This document shows, piece after piece, positions 23,556 through 38,222 of a stretch of 64,000 bases of DNA. The DNA is from Nemertoderma westbladi (lineage: Eukaryota > Animalia > Xenacoelomorpha): NCBI GenBank assembly GCA_032718475.1, contig JAUCBJ010007130.1, positions 35,686 to 99,685 on the forward strand, written 5' to 3'. Below the pieces are notes generated by a model that did not search any database, was not told where the DNA came from, and saw only the letters and a program-made list of their open reading frames with translations. The position numbers were made by a program, and so were the translations under genes. Position 1 is the first letter of the stretch. Every line of letters starts with the position of its first letter.

Positions 23556-25772
23556 GTTTAGCTATACAGTTGAATGCTTACTGCTATAGTTACAGTTAAA
23601 GCAAGTCTAGTAATTCAGTATGGACCGCTGGCCTAGTACCGGTAATTTATTGCAGTATATTAGAATACCGGTATGCACTTATAATATATATAAGTATTGT
23701 AAACTAGGTTTGTCACAGAGTACCGGTATATAAATTTAGCACAGATATATATAAATATATAATAGGCCTATCGTGAATACCGGTATACAGCTTACACTGA
23801 TAGTATATATAAGTATAATTATGAACTAGAATTAATTACAGAGTACCGGTATGATTTCAGCTCAAATTTATAGAAATAAATATAATAAGTCTATGGTAAA
23901 TACCGGTATGTCAATTATTTTAGAATAATTGAATTTCTGAATATTTTAGGGTTACTTGGTTACTTTAACTTACTTTATTACCGTTATTTAAGCAGTAGTC
24001 CAACTGATATTGAGACCTAGTTGTTGTATGACAGGCCTACTATTTATAAATCGTTTGAGTTGATTTATAATATTTATATACCCGTTTAAAATGGGTTTTG
24101 TCAATATTTGAAATAAATGTTATTATTTCTGGGGGTCACTACACAGAAGCTGTGCGCTCTCAGTGAAGTGCTATTTATGGGACACTAAAACTGATAATTC
24201 TAATTTACCTAAGTTACTTAATACTACAAATTACTTACGATATGGGTGAGATTAAATCTCTTATTAAACACAACAAAAATATTACGTACGAGATTTTTAG
24301 GGTAATTTTACAGGAAGTCTACAAACCAGTCTAACAAAGGGTTAGAATTTCTGGTTATTACAACGGACAGGGTACTACGGTATTTGAAAATAATAAGTAG
24401 TAGTAAATATATTGCACTGTCCAGATAAGAAAATACCACCGCCTGACGACCTATAGCCGTATCTCTATAGGTACTACGTTATGTATCACGGAGTGTTCCT
24501 ACCTGGAAGTTAATAGAGCTAACGAATGTGCCTATCAACCACTTTACAACACAAATATACTGCCTACACACTAATTACTCTCGGAAAGCACTGTACACTA
24601 AACCCTAAATTAGGTACAAGTACTGGTACAACAAATAATCAGTAGTTAAATATACTTGAACAGTTAAAAGAACCACGGCATCTGCTGGAGTGACCAGAGC
24701 ACAAAGTCACCAGTCTTGTCCTACGCCAAGCAGCCCGTGTAGTACCGGGGTTAATTTAACTATAACGGTATGTATAACAAGCACAATTACTGTAGGAATA
24801 AACTTGGGGACATGAATGTTGCGAATAATCGCATAAACTCTGAATAATAAATATTACGCTACCCGTACAGAATACTCAAACAAAATACAAACCAAACGCT
24901 GGCAGACTACCACCAAGCCTAAATAAACTACTGTATGTGCAGATTCCAAAATGGTTAGTTAGTATGCGTTCTAACACGGTAGTACGACTTATTCTTTAAG
25001 AGGGGATTGACCTTACAGTTATGACTGCCCCAACTTACTAACTGGCACTTTATCAGACAAACTCTACACAAGCAGCACTCTCTTCAGACCTAATAATAGC
25101 TAGACAACAATCCAGCCTACAAAATATCTGAGTAATAACTATTACGGTATCTGAACAGACCACACAAACAAACACAAGCCAAAACGCTAGCAGAATACTG
25201 TCAAGCCTAAATAAACTACAGTATGTGCAGATTCCAAAATTGTTAGTTAGTATGTGTTCTAACACGGTAGTACGACTTATTCTTTAAGAGGGGATTGACC
25301 TTACAGCATATGGCTGCCCCAACTTACTAACTGGCACTCTATCGGACAAACTCTACACACGCCGTAATCTCTCCAAACCCAACAACAATCTGACAACAGT
25401 CCGGCCTACAATTATCTAAACAATCTGAGCAGACTTACACGTCTTCAGCTCAATATTAACTTACATGTAAATAAAACCGACAGAAATGAGTAAAATCTCA
25501 ATAAAAAACCAGGGCTGCAGTCCCTGATTAAATACTAAGACCTACCAGTATACAATAATCAAAATCGAATAATACTAATGTACTTATACTGGAAGTACCG
25601 GTTAGGACAGTTGGGCCTACAGGCCTACAGAAGTACCGGTTCTGGCAGTTGGACCTACGGACCTACAGCAGTACTGGTTCTGGCAGTTGGGCCTACTGAC
25701 CTACAGAAGTACCGGTTCAGGTTTACCGGTCGGCCGGTACTTTCAACTTTATTGTTTACTGCAATAAAGTCA

Positions 25773-25783
25773 ATGACTGTTAT
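25773..25783 (-). promoter_or_regulatory. Non-tRNA primer-binding site of B, complementary to its own LTR (26558-26568)
   Basis: Sense ATAACAGTCAT abuts the LTR; exact complement ATGACTGTTAT lies at the LTR position homologous to A's 3883-3893. Confidence 0.7.
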
Positions 25784-27049
25784 TGTACGCGCTTTTGAAG
25801 ACCTTTAGCAGTTTAACCTGCCAAAATTTATATGTCTTTTGGTTTATATATAGACTCTAGAAGATGACAATATTTAATACCAATAAACACAACATTAGCA
25901 GAAGCCAGCCTAGTGCGCGTCCATTCACCCGCTGGATATTCCCGGGAGACTGGATTCTGAGGGCTTAGATTATTATTGCAGTGAAGCTTACTGTATTATT
26001 CGATTGATCGTTAATAAATAATTTCTGACTAATATTATTCACTTTCGGGAAATATTAACAGTTCCTTTAGGACGTGGCGCTCTATCTAAGTAAACAGAGA
26101 TATGACTTATACTAATCACAACGGTAAGTCGATAAGGCTTATGATTCACGTATGAGGCGCATTCTTTAGGAAATGCTTAGTTATCAGCCACAATCATGCA
26201 CACTACCGGTAACACACAATACTGCTCACTAATTTGCCGACCGTCAATGAATTTTATCATATATAAAGAGAATAGCAACGGACCAATGTAGTGCTTATCA
26301 AACAGCATTAAATTCAATACACACCACAATAATATAAGTCGCAATCGCTATATATATAACCCGCCTCTCTAACCTGTAGTGTATCAAGAAAATTGGGAAA
26401 TTTGGGTTCTTTATAAACGTTCTCCAAATAATCTTCAATCAACTGATATAAAATATGACAACAGTAAACACATTAAGACGGTAGGTTAAGATATGATATG
26501 AACCGATATGTACAGTGATATGAGTTGAGTGTCCAAATTGTGCCGTGAATTAGACTGATAACAGTCATACGCTCTATAATATTAAGCCTACTAATGTTTC
26601 TTTCTAGAGCCGTTGTTTCTGGCTTAGACAGCAATAACAACAAAGCATCAGTCCAAAAAACAGTAAGACTGAACACTCCCAGTATGATCGGCTCAAAGCT
26701 CCACATCGACAGAGAAAATCGCTCTGATTGGCTGAAGCCAAACAAAGAACCATGCGTCCAATGGCTGTTTCCATTTAAGCAACCAGCTGTTAGATGTCGT
26801 AATCTGAATCATCACGGCTAAGCTGTGTAAAAGTATTTGCCGTATTGCGGGTTTTTTGCCTTACCATGTCCGCTAAAACACGTATATAGAAGAATGACTT
26901 TTATGTCCGTTAAAAACACCTGTAACGGTACCTTGCGGGCAAGGGGAATATATATACAGTTAGAGAACCCTTTTAGAGTATTCCAGCGCCTAGGGGGAAA
27001 CTGGATTGCGAAGCAAAGGGGCCAGTTATATCCCACAGAAGCTTTTACA
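25784..27049 (-). repeat. 5' LTR of element B
   Basis: TG...CA ends, 1266 bp, flanked by TSD CTCCTC. Confidence 0.95.
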
Positions 27050-27055
27050 CTCCTC

Positions 27056-30000
27056 AGACAACGACGATATACATCAACTTTTTGATGAGGAGAATGCCAT
27101 CAATCTCCTTAAGGAAAGCGAGACTTGGCAAAATCAAGTGAACTTATGTCAACTCCTTCACCCATCTGAGCGAGACGACTATAACGACGAGCTTAATGAC
27201 GTCATTGAACGTTATAATGCCAAGACTCGGGATGAACATGCCGTGAGATTCTTTACTCAAGAGGTCGTAGAGCCCAACTCCTACGATAAGGCCCTATCGG
27301 TGGAGGAAGAAAGAGCCAAGCAGATCCAAGCGACAACTACTCGTTTTCTTAAAGATCAAGGTAGGTATGAGATCGGACTTCCTTTCCGAAAGCGAGAACC
27401 AAAGTTTATTAACAACAGACCTTTGGCGGAGAAAAGAATTGCTCAACTACATCGACGCCTTACGGCAAATTCTTCAGCTAAAGAAATGTATAAAACACAG
27501 TTGAAGAAGTTTATTAGCAAGGGATATGCGGAGCTAGTACCGGAAGAAACCCCTATAACTGAGAGAACGTATTACTTAACTCACCATTCCGTTCCCAAAC
27601 CCGGTAAACCCCATGAAGTACGAGTGGTGTTTGACGGTTCCGCCCTTTATATGGGCCAATCTCTTAATTCTGAATTGTTACCCGGACCCAACTTACTTCA
27701 ATCCTTGTTGGGAATACTTTTAAGACTAAGACAATATTCCATTGCTTTCGCCTCAGATATAGAAGGCATGTTCTTACAAGTCAAAGCGCTGGATAGGGAT
27801 CGAGATAGCCTACGATTTTTGTGGTGGCCTGAAGGAGACCTCAATAAGAAACCGGTGGAGTACTGGATGACCATCCAAGCTTTTGGGATAATCTCGAGCC
27901 CTTCAAACGCCTGTTCCGTGGTGCGCACTACTGCAGATGACAACCGAGACGCCTTCTCTAAAGAAGTGATCGACAATATCAAACGAGACATCTACATGGA
28001 CGATAATCTGAAGTCCCTTCCATCAGTCGAAGAAGCCATTGAGGTCGCTAAAGGAACGGTAGAATGCTTAAAGAAAGGTGGATTTCGATTAACTAAATTC
28101 ACCAGCAACTCCCGTGAGTTTCTGGAGTCAATCCCGGTAGAAGATCGAGGAACAAAAGACCTAGATCTAATAAAGGATGATCTCCCAGAAACTAAGACCC
28201 TTGGTTTGAAATGGGACACAGAAAGAGATATCCTGTTTTTCCAACTAAAACAGCGAGATAATCCAGTTCGGACTAAACGGATATGTTTAAGTATCCTGAG
28301 CACTTATTTCGATCCATTGGGATTTATTAGCCCAGTTATATTGATTGCTCGGAGTCTAGTACAACAAATGTGGCTTGAAAACCACTCATGGGACGATCCA
28401 CTTAAGGGAGAATTATTAAAGAAATGGATGAAATGGGAAGATTCTCTACCAGCCATCGAAAACTTCATAATTTCCCGTTCATATTTTGGTCATGTTCTCC
28501 CTACGTATTCATATCAACTCCATGTGTTTGGAGACGCCAGCGATATGGGAATAGGTATAGTAGCCTACCTAAGGGTGGAAACTCCGGACGGAATCAAAGT
28601 TGCCTTGGTTACTTCTAAGGCATTAATAAACAACAAGTTGAAAGTTCCTCGAGCGGAGTTAAAAGCGGCTCTATACGCTACAGCTATCGGCCGGAATGTA
28701 ACAGAACAGATCGACTATCGCCTGGAGAAAACTGTATATTGGACCGACGCTTTACTCGTGTTGGAGTATATAACCAATGAAGTCTGTCAGTTCAGCGTCT
28801 TCGTTACCAACAGAGTAGCTATTATACTCAGTCGCACGACGATGGATCAATGGAGACATTGCCCCGGAACGATTAATCCAGCGGACATCGCTTCCCGGGG
28901 AGCAACCCCACAAGAACTGGTAGATACTCCAGACTGGTTAGGTGGACCCGACTTCCTCTACAAAGAAGAAGAAGAATGGCCTCCTCATCTTACTACAGCA
29001 GAAATTAGACAGGCCAAGGGATCGGAGAAAGTCAAACCTAAAACTCAGGCGAGTAAATCGAAGTTATTCAAACCCACAGTAGATCTGTCTGTACTACATA
29101 CTTCCGGAGACGACGCTTTGGATCAGAAACCCACAGCCACAAATAAACTCGTTGTGGAAATCCGTGATAAGGATTGGAAATCTGGCATACCTGACATCTC
29201 GCAAGGACTCTCACCTCTTCTGCAGAGAGCGATACATCACTACAGTTCTTGGAATCGGCTTTGTAAGGCCGTTACATATTTAAAGAGATGTTTTCACCAT
29301 CACTACTCTAGGATGAAAACAAAGGGTGATACCGCTCCAATCACATCAGTGCAGGTCCATGTTATTAAAGACATTCCCAAATATAAGGTACCCGACAAGT
29401 TTCTGAAGGAGAAGATCAGTTATCAGGAGCATGAAGAAACCAACAAACAGATGCTGAGACTCTTACAATGCTATGAAGATTCCGATAAGTATTTCCTGTT
29501 GTTGAGAAATCCACAGATGCGCTTAAGGGATCGTTTCTCTAGCACAATGATAGATGGGTTGATACGTGTTGGAGGAAGGTTAACGAATGCCCCATTATCC
29601 TTTGATACTAAGTTCCCCATACTCATTAGAAATCTTGAAATACAAGTCAAGATGATTGTAGATGTTCACAGCAAACTTTATCATGCTGGTAGAGAACGAG
29701 TTCTTAGCGAAATTCGAACTCGCTATTATTTTTATAAACCCCGTAGAGCTCTGAACCAAGTTCTTAGGAACTGTATACCCTGTAGGAAAGCATTCAGTAG
29801 GCCTTTAACACAGAGAGAGGCAGAATTACCTAGGGAACGAGTAAGCTTTTATGAACCACCCTTTACTAATACCGGTGTGGATTTATTTGGCCCTATTGAA
29901 GTATATCGTGCTAGGACTATAGTCTAGAGATGGTGTGTAATCTTTGTTTGTATGACTTGTAGAGCCATCCATCTCGATATGGTGAACGATTTATCTACCA

Positions 30001-30878
30001 ACAGCTTTCTATTAAGCTTACGACGACAGATCGCTCGCTTTGGCACTAGTAACACGATGAGATCTGATAAGGGAACCAACTTCATTGGTGCCAACAATGA
30101 AATCAAAGCTTACGTCAAAGATTGGAACCAAAGACAGGTGGATGACCAACTACGAGTAACAGCGTCTAGTTGGACCTTCAACGCCGCCGACGCCCCTTGG
30201 TGGGGAGGAAGTTGGGAGAGATTAATAAGAAGCGTGAAGACAGCATTTCATTTTATAGTGCCTTGCCGCGCTTATCTCACCGACGAACTTTTGCGGACGT
30301 TAATGGAAGAAATCGCCGCCTATCTCAATGAGAGACCGCTTATGCCAGTCTCATCGAGTCCCGATTCCCTGGAAGCGCTAACACCCGTGCACTTCCTACT
30401 GAAGAAACCTGTAGCCATGCTCCCACAATCGGAAATCACAGACGGAGACGAATACTGCCGACAAACTTGGCAACTCATGCAGTTGTTATCCCGTCGTTTC
30501 GCTGACCATTTCGAAAAACATTATCTGCCCACGCTACAACTTCGAACTAAGTGGTTTGCGCAGCAAGAAAACGTTAGCGCTGGAGACATGGTTCTTATTG
30601 TGGATGTAGATCTTCCACGTAAGAGGTGGCAGACAGGTCGTATCATCGAGACCCACATCTCGGATGACGGTTTGGTGCGATCGGTAGAACTCGTCGTCAT
30701 GCGACGTAACTTCAAGAAACCGGGAATTGTCTTCGAGACGCAGCAGCTCAACCGCCCGGTGGGACGTTTATGTTTACTGGAAAGAGACAGAGAACTCTCC
30801 GGAAACTATGGGAGACAAGATACTCTTCCCACGACCACCTCCCTAATCCAACAAACATCTAGGGACTCCACAACTTAA
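27056..30878 (+). pseudogene. pol: Element A pol (RT-RNase H-integrase), duplicate copy 1
   Basis: YMDD RT, RNase H and DDE integrase motifs; AAG>TAG nonsense at 29925-29927 absent from copy 2. Confidence 0.92.
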
Positions 30879-33198
30879 CAACGGCTGGAGTGGGTGTGTG
30901 ACCATATTACTTTATATTTATATTTGTTTTATTTTTATATTTCTGTATGTATTATTGTGTAATTTTATTTTAATCGTTTTATTTAATTTTATTTAGTAAC
31001 ATGTTATTTTAGTGATCATTTAGTAGATTAGTGCAATATATTAGTGTTTATTACGTACGTAATTACTTATAATATATATTTAGTGCGACTTACTTATAAT
31101 ATATATAAGTATTGTAAACTAGGTTTGTCACAGAGTACCGGTATATAAATTTAGCACAGATATATATAAATATATAATAGGCCTATCGTGAATACCGGTA
31201 TACAGCTTACACTGATAGTATATATAAGTATAATTATGAACTAGAATTAATTACAGAGTACCGGTATGATTTCAGCTCAAATTTATAGAAATAAATATAA
31301 TAAGTCTATGGTAAATACCGGTATGTCAATTATTTTAGAATAATTGAATTTCTGAATATTTTAGGGTTACTTGGTTACTTTAACTTACTTTATTACCGTT
31401 ATTTAAGCAGTAGTCCAACTGATATTGAGACCTAGTTGTTGTATGACAGGCCTACTATTTATAAATCGTTTGAGTTGATTTATAATATTTATATACCCGT
31501 TTAAAATGGGTTTTGTCAATATTTGAAATAAATGTTATTATTTCTGGGGGTCACTACACAGAAGCTGTGCGCTCTCAGTGAAGTGCTATTTATGGGACAC
31601 TAAAACTGATAATTCTAATTTACCTAAGTTACTTAATACTACAAATTACTTACGATATGGGTGAGATTAAATCTCTTATTAAACACAACAAAAATATTAC
31701 GTACGAGATTTTTAGGGTAATTTTACAGGAAGTCTACAAACCAGTCTAACAAAGGGTTAGAATTTCTGGTTATTACAACGGACAGGGTACTACGGTATTT
31801 GAAAATAATAAGTAGTAGTAAATATATTGCACTGTCCAGATAAGAAAATACCACCGCCTGACGACCTATAGCCGTATCTCTATAGGTACTACGTTATGTA
31901 TCACGGAGTGTTCCTACCTGGAAGTTAATAGAGCTAACGAATGTGCCTATCAACCACTTTACAACACAAATATACTGCCTACACACTAATTACTCTCGGA
32001 AAGCACTGTACACTAAACCCTAAATTAGGTACAAGTACTGGTACAACAAATAATCAGTAGTTAAATATACTTGAACAGTTAAAAGAACCACGGCATCTGC
32101 TGGAGTGACCAGAGCACAAAGTCACCAGTCTTGTCCTACGCCAAGCAGCCCGTGTAGTACCGGGGTTAATTTAACTATAACGGTATGTATAACAAGCACA
32201 ATTACTGTAGGAATAAACTTGGGGACATGAATGTTGCGAATAATCGCATAAACTCTGAATAATAAATATTACGCTACCCGTACAGAATACTCAAACAAAA
32301 TACAAACCAAACGCTGGCAGACTACCACCAAGCCTAAATAAACTACTGTATGTGCAGATTCCAAAATGGTTAGTTAGTATGCGTTCTAACACGGTAGTAC
32401 GACTTATTCTTTAAGAGGGGATTGACCTTACAGTTATGACTGCCCCAACTTACTAACTGGCACTTTATCAGACAAACTCTACACAAGCAGCACTCTCTTC
32501 AGACCTAATAATAGCTAGACAACAATCCAGCCTACAAAATATCTGAGTAATAACTATTACGGTATCTGAACAGACCACACAAACAAACACAAGCCAAAAC
32601 GCTAGCAGAATACTGTCAAGCCTAAATAAACTACAGTATGTGCAGATTCCAAAATTGTTAGTTAGTATGTGTTCTAACACGGTAGTACGACTTATTCTTT
32701 AAGAGGGGATTGACCTTACAGCATATGGCTGCCCCAACTTACTAACTGGCACTCTATCGGACAAACTCTACACACGCCGTAATCTCTCCAAACCCAACAA
32801 CAATCTGACAACAGTCCGGCCTACAATTATCTAAACAATCTGAGCAGACTTACACGTCTTCAGCTCAATATTAACTTACATGTAAATAAAACCGACAGAA
32901 ATGAGTAAAATCTCAATAAAAAACCAGGGCTGCAGTCCCTGATTAAATACTAAGACCTACCAGTATACAATAATCAAAATCGAATAATACTAATGTACTT
33001 ATACTGGAAGTACCGGTTAGGACAGTTGGGCCTACAGGCCTACAGAAGTACCGGTTCTGGCAGTTGGACCTACGGACCTACAGCAGTACTGGTTCTGGCA
33101 GTTGGGCCTACTGACCTACAGAAGTACCGGTTCAGGTTTACCGGTCGGCCGGTACTTTCAACTTTATTGTTTACTGCAATAAAGTCAATGACTGTTAT

Positions 33199-34464
33199 TG
33201 TACGCGCTTTTGAAGACCTTTAGCAGTTTAACCTGCCAAAATTTATATGTCTTTTGGTTTATATATAGACTCTAGAAGATGACAATATTTAATACCAATA
33301 AACACAACATTAGCAGAAGCCAGCCTAGTGCGCGTCCATTCACCCGCTGGATATTCCCGGGAGACTGGATTCTGAGGGCTTAGATTATTATTGCAGTGAA
33401 GCTTACTGTATTATTCGATTGATCGTTAATAAATAATTTCTGACTAATATTATTCACTTTCGGGAAATATTAACAGTTCCTTTAGGACGTGGCGCTCTAT
33501 CTAAGTAAACAGAGATATGACTTATACTAATCACAACGGTAAGTCGATAAGGCTTATGATTCACGTATGAGGCGCATTCTTTAGGAAATGCTTAGTTATC
33601 AGCCACAATCATGCACACTACCGGTAACACACAATACTGCTCACTAATTTGCCGACCGTCAATGAATTTTATCATATATAAAGAGAATAGCAACGGACCA
33701 ATGTAGTGCTTATCAAACAGCATTAAATTCAATACACACCACAATAATATAAGTCGCAATCGCTATATATATAACCCGCCTCTCTAACCTGTAGTGTATC
33801 AAGAAAATTGGGAAATTTGGGTTCTTTATAAACGTTCTCCAAATAATCTTCAATCAACTGATATAAAATATGACAACAGTAAACACATTAAGACGGTAGG
33901 TTAAGATATGATATGAACCGATATGTACAGTGATATGAGTTGAGTGTCCAAATTGTGCCGTGAATTAGACTGATAACAGTCATACGCTCTATAATATTAA
34001 GCCTACTAATGTTTCTTTCTAGAGCCGTTGTTTCTGGCTTAGACAGCAATAACAACAAAGCATCAGTCCAAAAAACAGTAAGACTGAACACTCCCAGTAT
34101 GATCGGCTCAAAGCTCCACATCGACAGAGAAAATCGCTCTGATTGGCTGAAGCCAAACAAAGAACCATGCGTCCAATGGCTGTTTCCATTTAAGCAACCA
34201 GCTGTTAGATGTCGTAATCTGAATCATCACGGCTAAGCTGTGTAAAAGTATTTGCCGTATTGCGGGTTTTTTGCCTTACCATGTCCGCTAAAACACGTAT
34301 ATAGAAGAATGACTTTTATGTCCGTTAAAAACACCTGTAACGGTACCTTGCGGGCAAGGGGAATATATATACAGTTAGAGAACCCTTTTAGAGTATTCCA
34401 GCGCCTAGGGGGAAACTGGATTGCGAAGCAAAGGGGCCAGTTATATCCCACAGAAGCTTTTACA
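33199..34464 (-). repeat. Duplicated 5' LTR of element B
   Basis: Copy of 25784-27049 at +7415, same PBS and CTCCTC flank. Confidence 0.93.
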
Positions 34465-34470
34465 CTCCTC

Positions 34471-36972
34471 AGACAACGACGATATACATCAACTTTTTGA
34501 TGAGGAGAATGCCATCAATCTCCTTAAGGAAAGCGAGACTTGGCAAAATCAAGTGAACTTATGTCAACTCCTTCACCCATCTGAGCGAGACGACTATAAC
34601 GACGAGCTTAATGACGTCATTGAACGTTGTAATGCCAAGACTCGGGATGAACATGCCGTGAGATTCTTTACTCAAGAGGTCGTAGAGCCCAACTCCTACG
34701 ATAAGGCCCTATCGGTGGAGGAAGAAAGAGCCAAGCAGATCCAAGCGACAACTACTCGTTTTCTTAAAGATCAAGGTAGGTATGAGATCGGACTTCCTTT
34801 CCGAAAGCGAGAACCAAAGTTTATTAACAACAGACCTTTGGCGGAGAAAAGAATTGCTCAACTACATCGACGCCTTACAGCAAATTCTTCAGCTAAAGAA
34901 ATGTATAAAACACAGTTGAAGAAGTTTATTAGCAAGGGATATGCGGAGCTAGTACCGGAAGAAACCCCTATAACTGAGAGAACGTATTACTTAACTCACC
35001 ATTCCGTTCCCAAACCCGGTAAACCCCATGAAGTACGAGTGGTGTTTGACGGTTCCGCCCTTTATATGGGCCAATCTCTTAATTCTGAATTGTTACCCGG
35101 ACCCAACTTACTTCAATCCTTGTTGGGAATACTTTTAAGACTAAGACAATATTCCATTGCTTTCGCCTCAGATATAGAAGGCATGTTCTTACAAGTCAAA
35201 GCGCTGGATAGGGATCGAGATAGCCTACGATTTTTGTGGTGGCCTGAAGGAGACCTCAATAAGAAACCGGTGGAGTACTGGATGACCATCCAAGCTTTTG
35301 GGATAATCTCGAGCCCTTCAAACGCCTGTTCCGTGGTGCGCACTACTGCAGATGACAACCGAGACGCCTTCTCTAAAGAAGTGATCGACAATATCAAACG
35401 AGACATCTACATGGACGATAATCTGAAGTCCCTTCCATCAGTCGAAGAAGCCATTGAGGTCGCTAAAGGAACGGTAGAATGCTTAAAGAAAGGTGGATTT
35501 CGATTAACTAAATTCACCAGCAACTCCCGTGAGTTTCTGGAGTCAATCCCGGTAGAAGATCGAGGAACAAAAGACCTAGATCTAATAAAGGATGATCTCC
35601 CAGAAACTAAGACCCTTGGTTTGAAATGGGACACAGAAAGAGATATCCTGTTTTTCCAACTAAAACAGCGAGATAATCCAGTTCGGACTAAACGGATATG
35701 TTTAAGTATCCTGAGCACTTATTTCGATCCATTGGGATTTATTAGCCCAGTTATATTGATTGCTCGGAGTCTAGTACAACAAATGTGGCTTGAAAACCAC
35801 TCATGGGACGATCCACTTAAGGGAGAATTATTAAAGAAATGGATGAAATGGGAAGATTCTCTACCAGCCATCGAAAACTTCATAATTTCCCGTTCATATT
35901 TTGGTCATGTTCTCCCTACGTATTCATATCAACTCCATGTGTTTGGAGACGCCAGCGATATGGGAATAGGTATAGTAGCCTACCTAAGGGTGGAAACTCC
36001 GGACGGAATCAAAGTTGCCTTGGTTACTTCTAAGGCATTAATAAACAACAAGTTGAAAGTTCCTCGAGCGGAGTTAAAAGCGGCTCTATACGCTACAGCT
36101 ATCGGCCGGAATGTAACAGAACAGATCGACTATCGCCTGGAGAAAACTGTATATTGGACCGACGCTTTACTCGTGTTGGAGTATATAACCAATGAAGTCT
36201 GTCAGTTCAGCGTCTTCGTTACCAACAGAGTAGCTATTATACTCAGTCGCACGACGATGGATCAATGGAGACATTGCCCCGGAACGATTAATCCAGCGGA
36301 CATCGCTTCCCGGGGAGCAACCCCACAAGAACTGGTAGATACTCCAGACTGGTTAGGTGGACCCGACTTCCTCTACAAAGAAGAAGAAGAATGGCCTCCT
36401 CATCTTACTACAGCAGAAATTAGACAGGCCAAGGGAGCGGAGAAAGTCAAACCTAAAACTCAGGCGAGTAAATCGAAGTTATTCAAACCCACAGTAGATC
36501 TGTCTGTACTACATACTTCCGGAGACGACGCTTTGGATCAGAAACCCACAGCCACAAATAAACTCGTTGTGGAAATCCGTGATAAGGATTGGAAATCTGG
36601 CATACCTGACATCTCGCAAGGACTCTCACCTCTTCTGCAGAGAGCGATACATCACTACAGTTCTTGGAATCGGCTTTGTAAGGCCTTTACATATTTAAAG
36701 AGATGTTTTCACCATCACTACTCTAGGATGAAAACAAAGGGTGATACCGCTCCAATCACATCAGTGCAGGTCCATGTTATTAAAGACATTCCCAAATATA
36801 AGGTACCCGACAAGTTTCTGAAGGAGAAGATCAGTTATCAGGAGCATGAAGAAACCAACAAACAGATGCTGAGACTCTTACAATGCTATGAAGATTCCGA
36901 TAAGTATTTCCTGTTGTTGAGAAATCCACAGATGCGCTTAAGGGATCGTTTCTCTAGCACAATGATAGATGG
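34471..36972 (+). pseudogene. pol: Element A pol copy 2, RT-RNase H part, interrupted by element C
   Basis: Near-identical to 27056-29557; frame broken at ...STMIDG by the C LTR. Confidence 0.92.
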
Positions 36973-37509
36973 TGTGACGGGATCCAAGAGGGATCCCGAT
37001 TTATCCGGTTGTGGTAATTTAGTCCACGCGTCCCCGCCGTGTATAAGGATGAAATAAAGTGACTGAGTTCTGAAGTTCGGTGTATAATAGGAAGTTATAA
37101 GATATAGATATTGTGAATGTGTACAAGGCGGGATACGGTAACTAAAGTCCCGTGATCCCCTAACTAAACTAATTGGCTGTACCCTACGCTAGCACTGCTG
37201 CACTTGAGATAACTGAATCACTGATTAATAGGTTATTGGTTATATTGCACGGTGGCCTTACTGCTACTCAATCGATGCCGTTCCCCCCTCTGATTGGTTA
37301 ATACCCTTGTTGGCGCCCCGTGGAGTATTCCCGTTAACTCCACCTGTTCTCCTTGGGTTAGGGGTTTGGCCCCTGACCCTCTATTGTGTGCTTCCTTCCC
37401 ATTCTTATTGGGATGGCGCGAGTTGGTTAATTACCCAATCTCGCGGCTCCCAATATTGCTTATCGGCTAATAACTTTATGGGGTGTTGGCGGGATTGAAT
37501 AAGCTAACA
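36973..37509 (-). repeat. 3' LTR of element C
   Basis: Direct repeat of 47088-47624; adjacent to PPT. Confidence 0.95.
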
Positions 37510-38222
37510 CTCCCCCCCATGCTATCTTCCCGGTAAGAAGATAGCATCAACCAAAAAAAGTGCGCTACAATCCCGCTGGATCCCGATCTAGCATCGGGTG
37601 TGGGGTGGAAATCTTTTCTCTCGGAGTCGGCTTTCCGGGCCGCTCCCTCTGGGTATGATAACGCTACCCTTTACGCCTGGCGTCTCATGTCGGGCCGATC
37701 GCGCTCACCTCTTCACGCGATTTTTGTTTCCCCAACACTTTCGCCCTATCTCACCTTCACTCTCACCCTAACTCTCTCATACCCCCGGACCTCCTCGTCC
37801 CTTACTCAGCCTCTCATTCTCCCCCCCACACTAGGATTGCGTTCGCACTCTCTCCGCACTTCACTCTATCACTCTTATTCCGATTCTCAAGTCCACTTTG
37901 ACTGTTTTTATCTCTCCTGACGAACCTCCCCCCCCTCTCGTGCCGCCGCACTCAAGAAGTGTGAAATTGTCAGTTGTCTCGTCCATAGTGCCATAGTCAT
38001 TGTCCCCCAGTCCCAGTAGCTAGTTGAGAAAGGTTGTATGACTATAGTACTTACTCCAAACGTATATATTTTACTGCTAATCACTACGTACGTACATACG
38101 AATTGCACTTATATAGTTATTTGCATTAATTAAATTTATATTTAATAGTTCGTACGTTACATGCGGCGCCTTCCAGGCGCACCACCTCCCAGTCTCAGTC
38201 TCATTCCCTCGCCTCCGGGAAC

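Larger units (their letters stand above)
11101..27049 (-). mobile_element. Bel/Pao LTR retrotransposon B, inserted antisense in A between protease and RT
   Basis: 1266-bp LTRs at both ends; 6-bp TSD CTCCTC (11095-11100, 27050-27055); A's reading frame resumes after the TSD. Confidence 0.95.
23677..31091. repeat. First copy of a 7415-bp tandem segmental duplication (B leader, B 5' LTR, A pol); second copy 31092-49161 contains element C
   Basis: Identical ORFs recur at a constant 7415-bp offset (25053/32468, 27006/34421); junction at 31089-31092. Confidence 0.93.
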
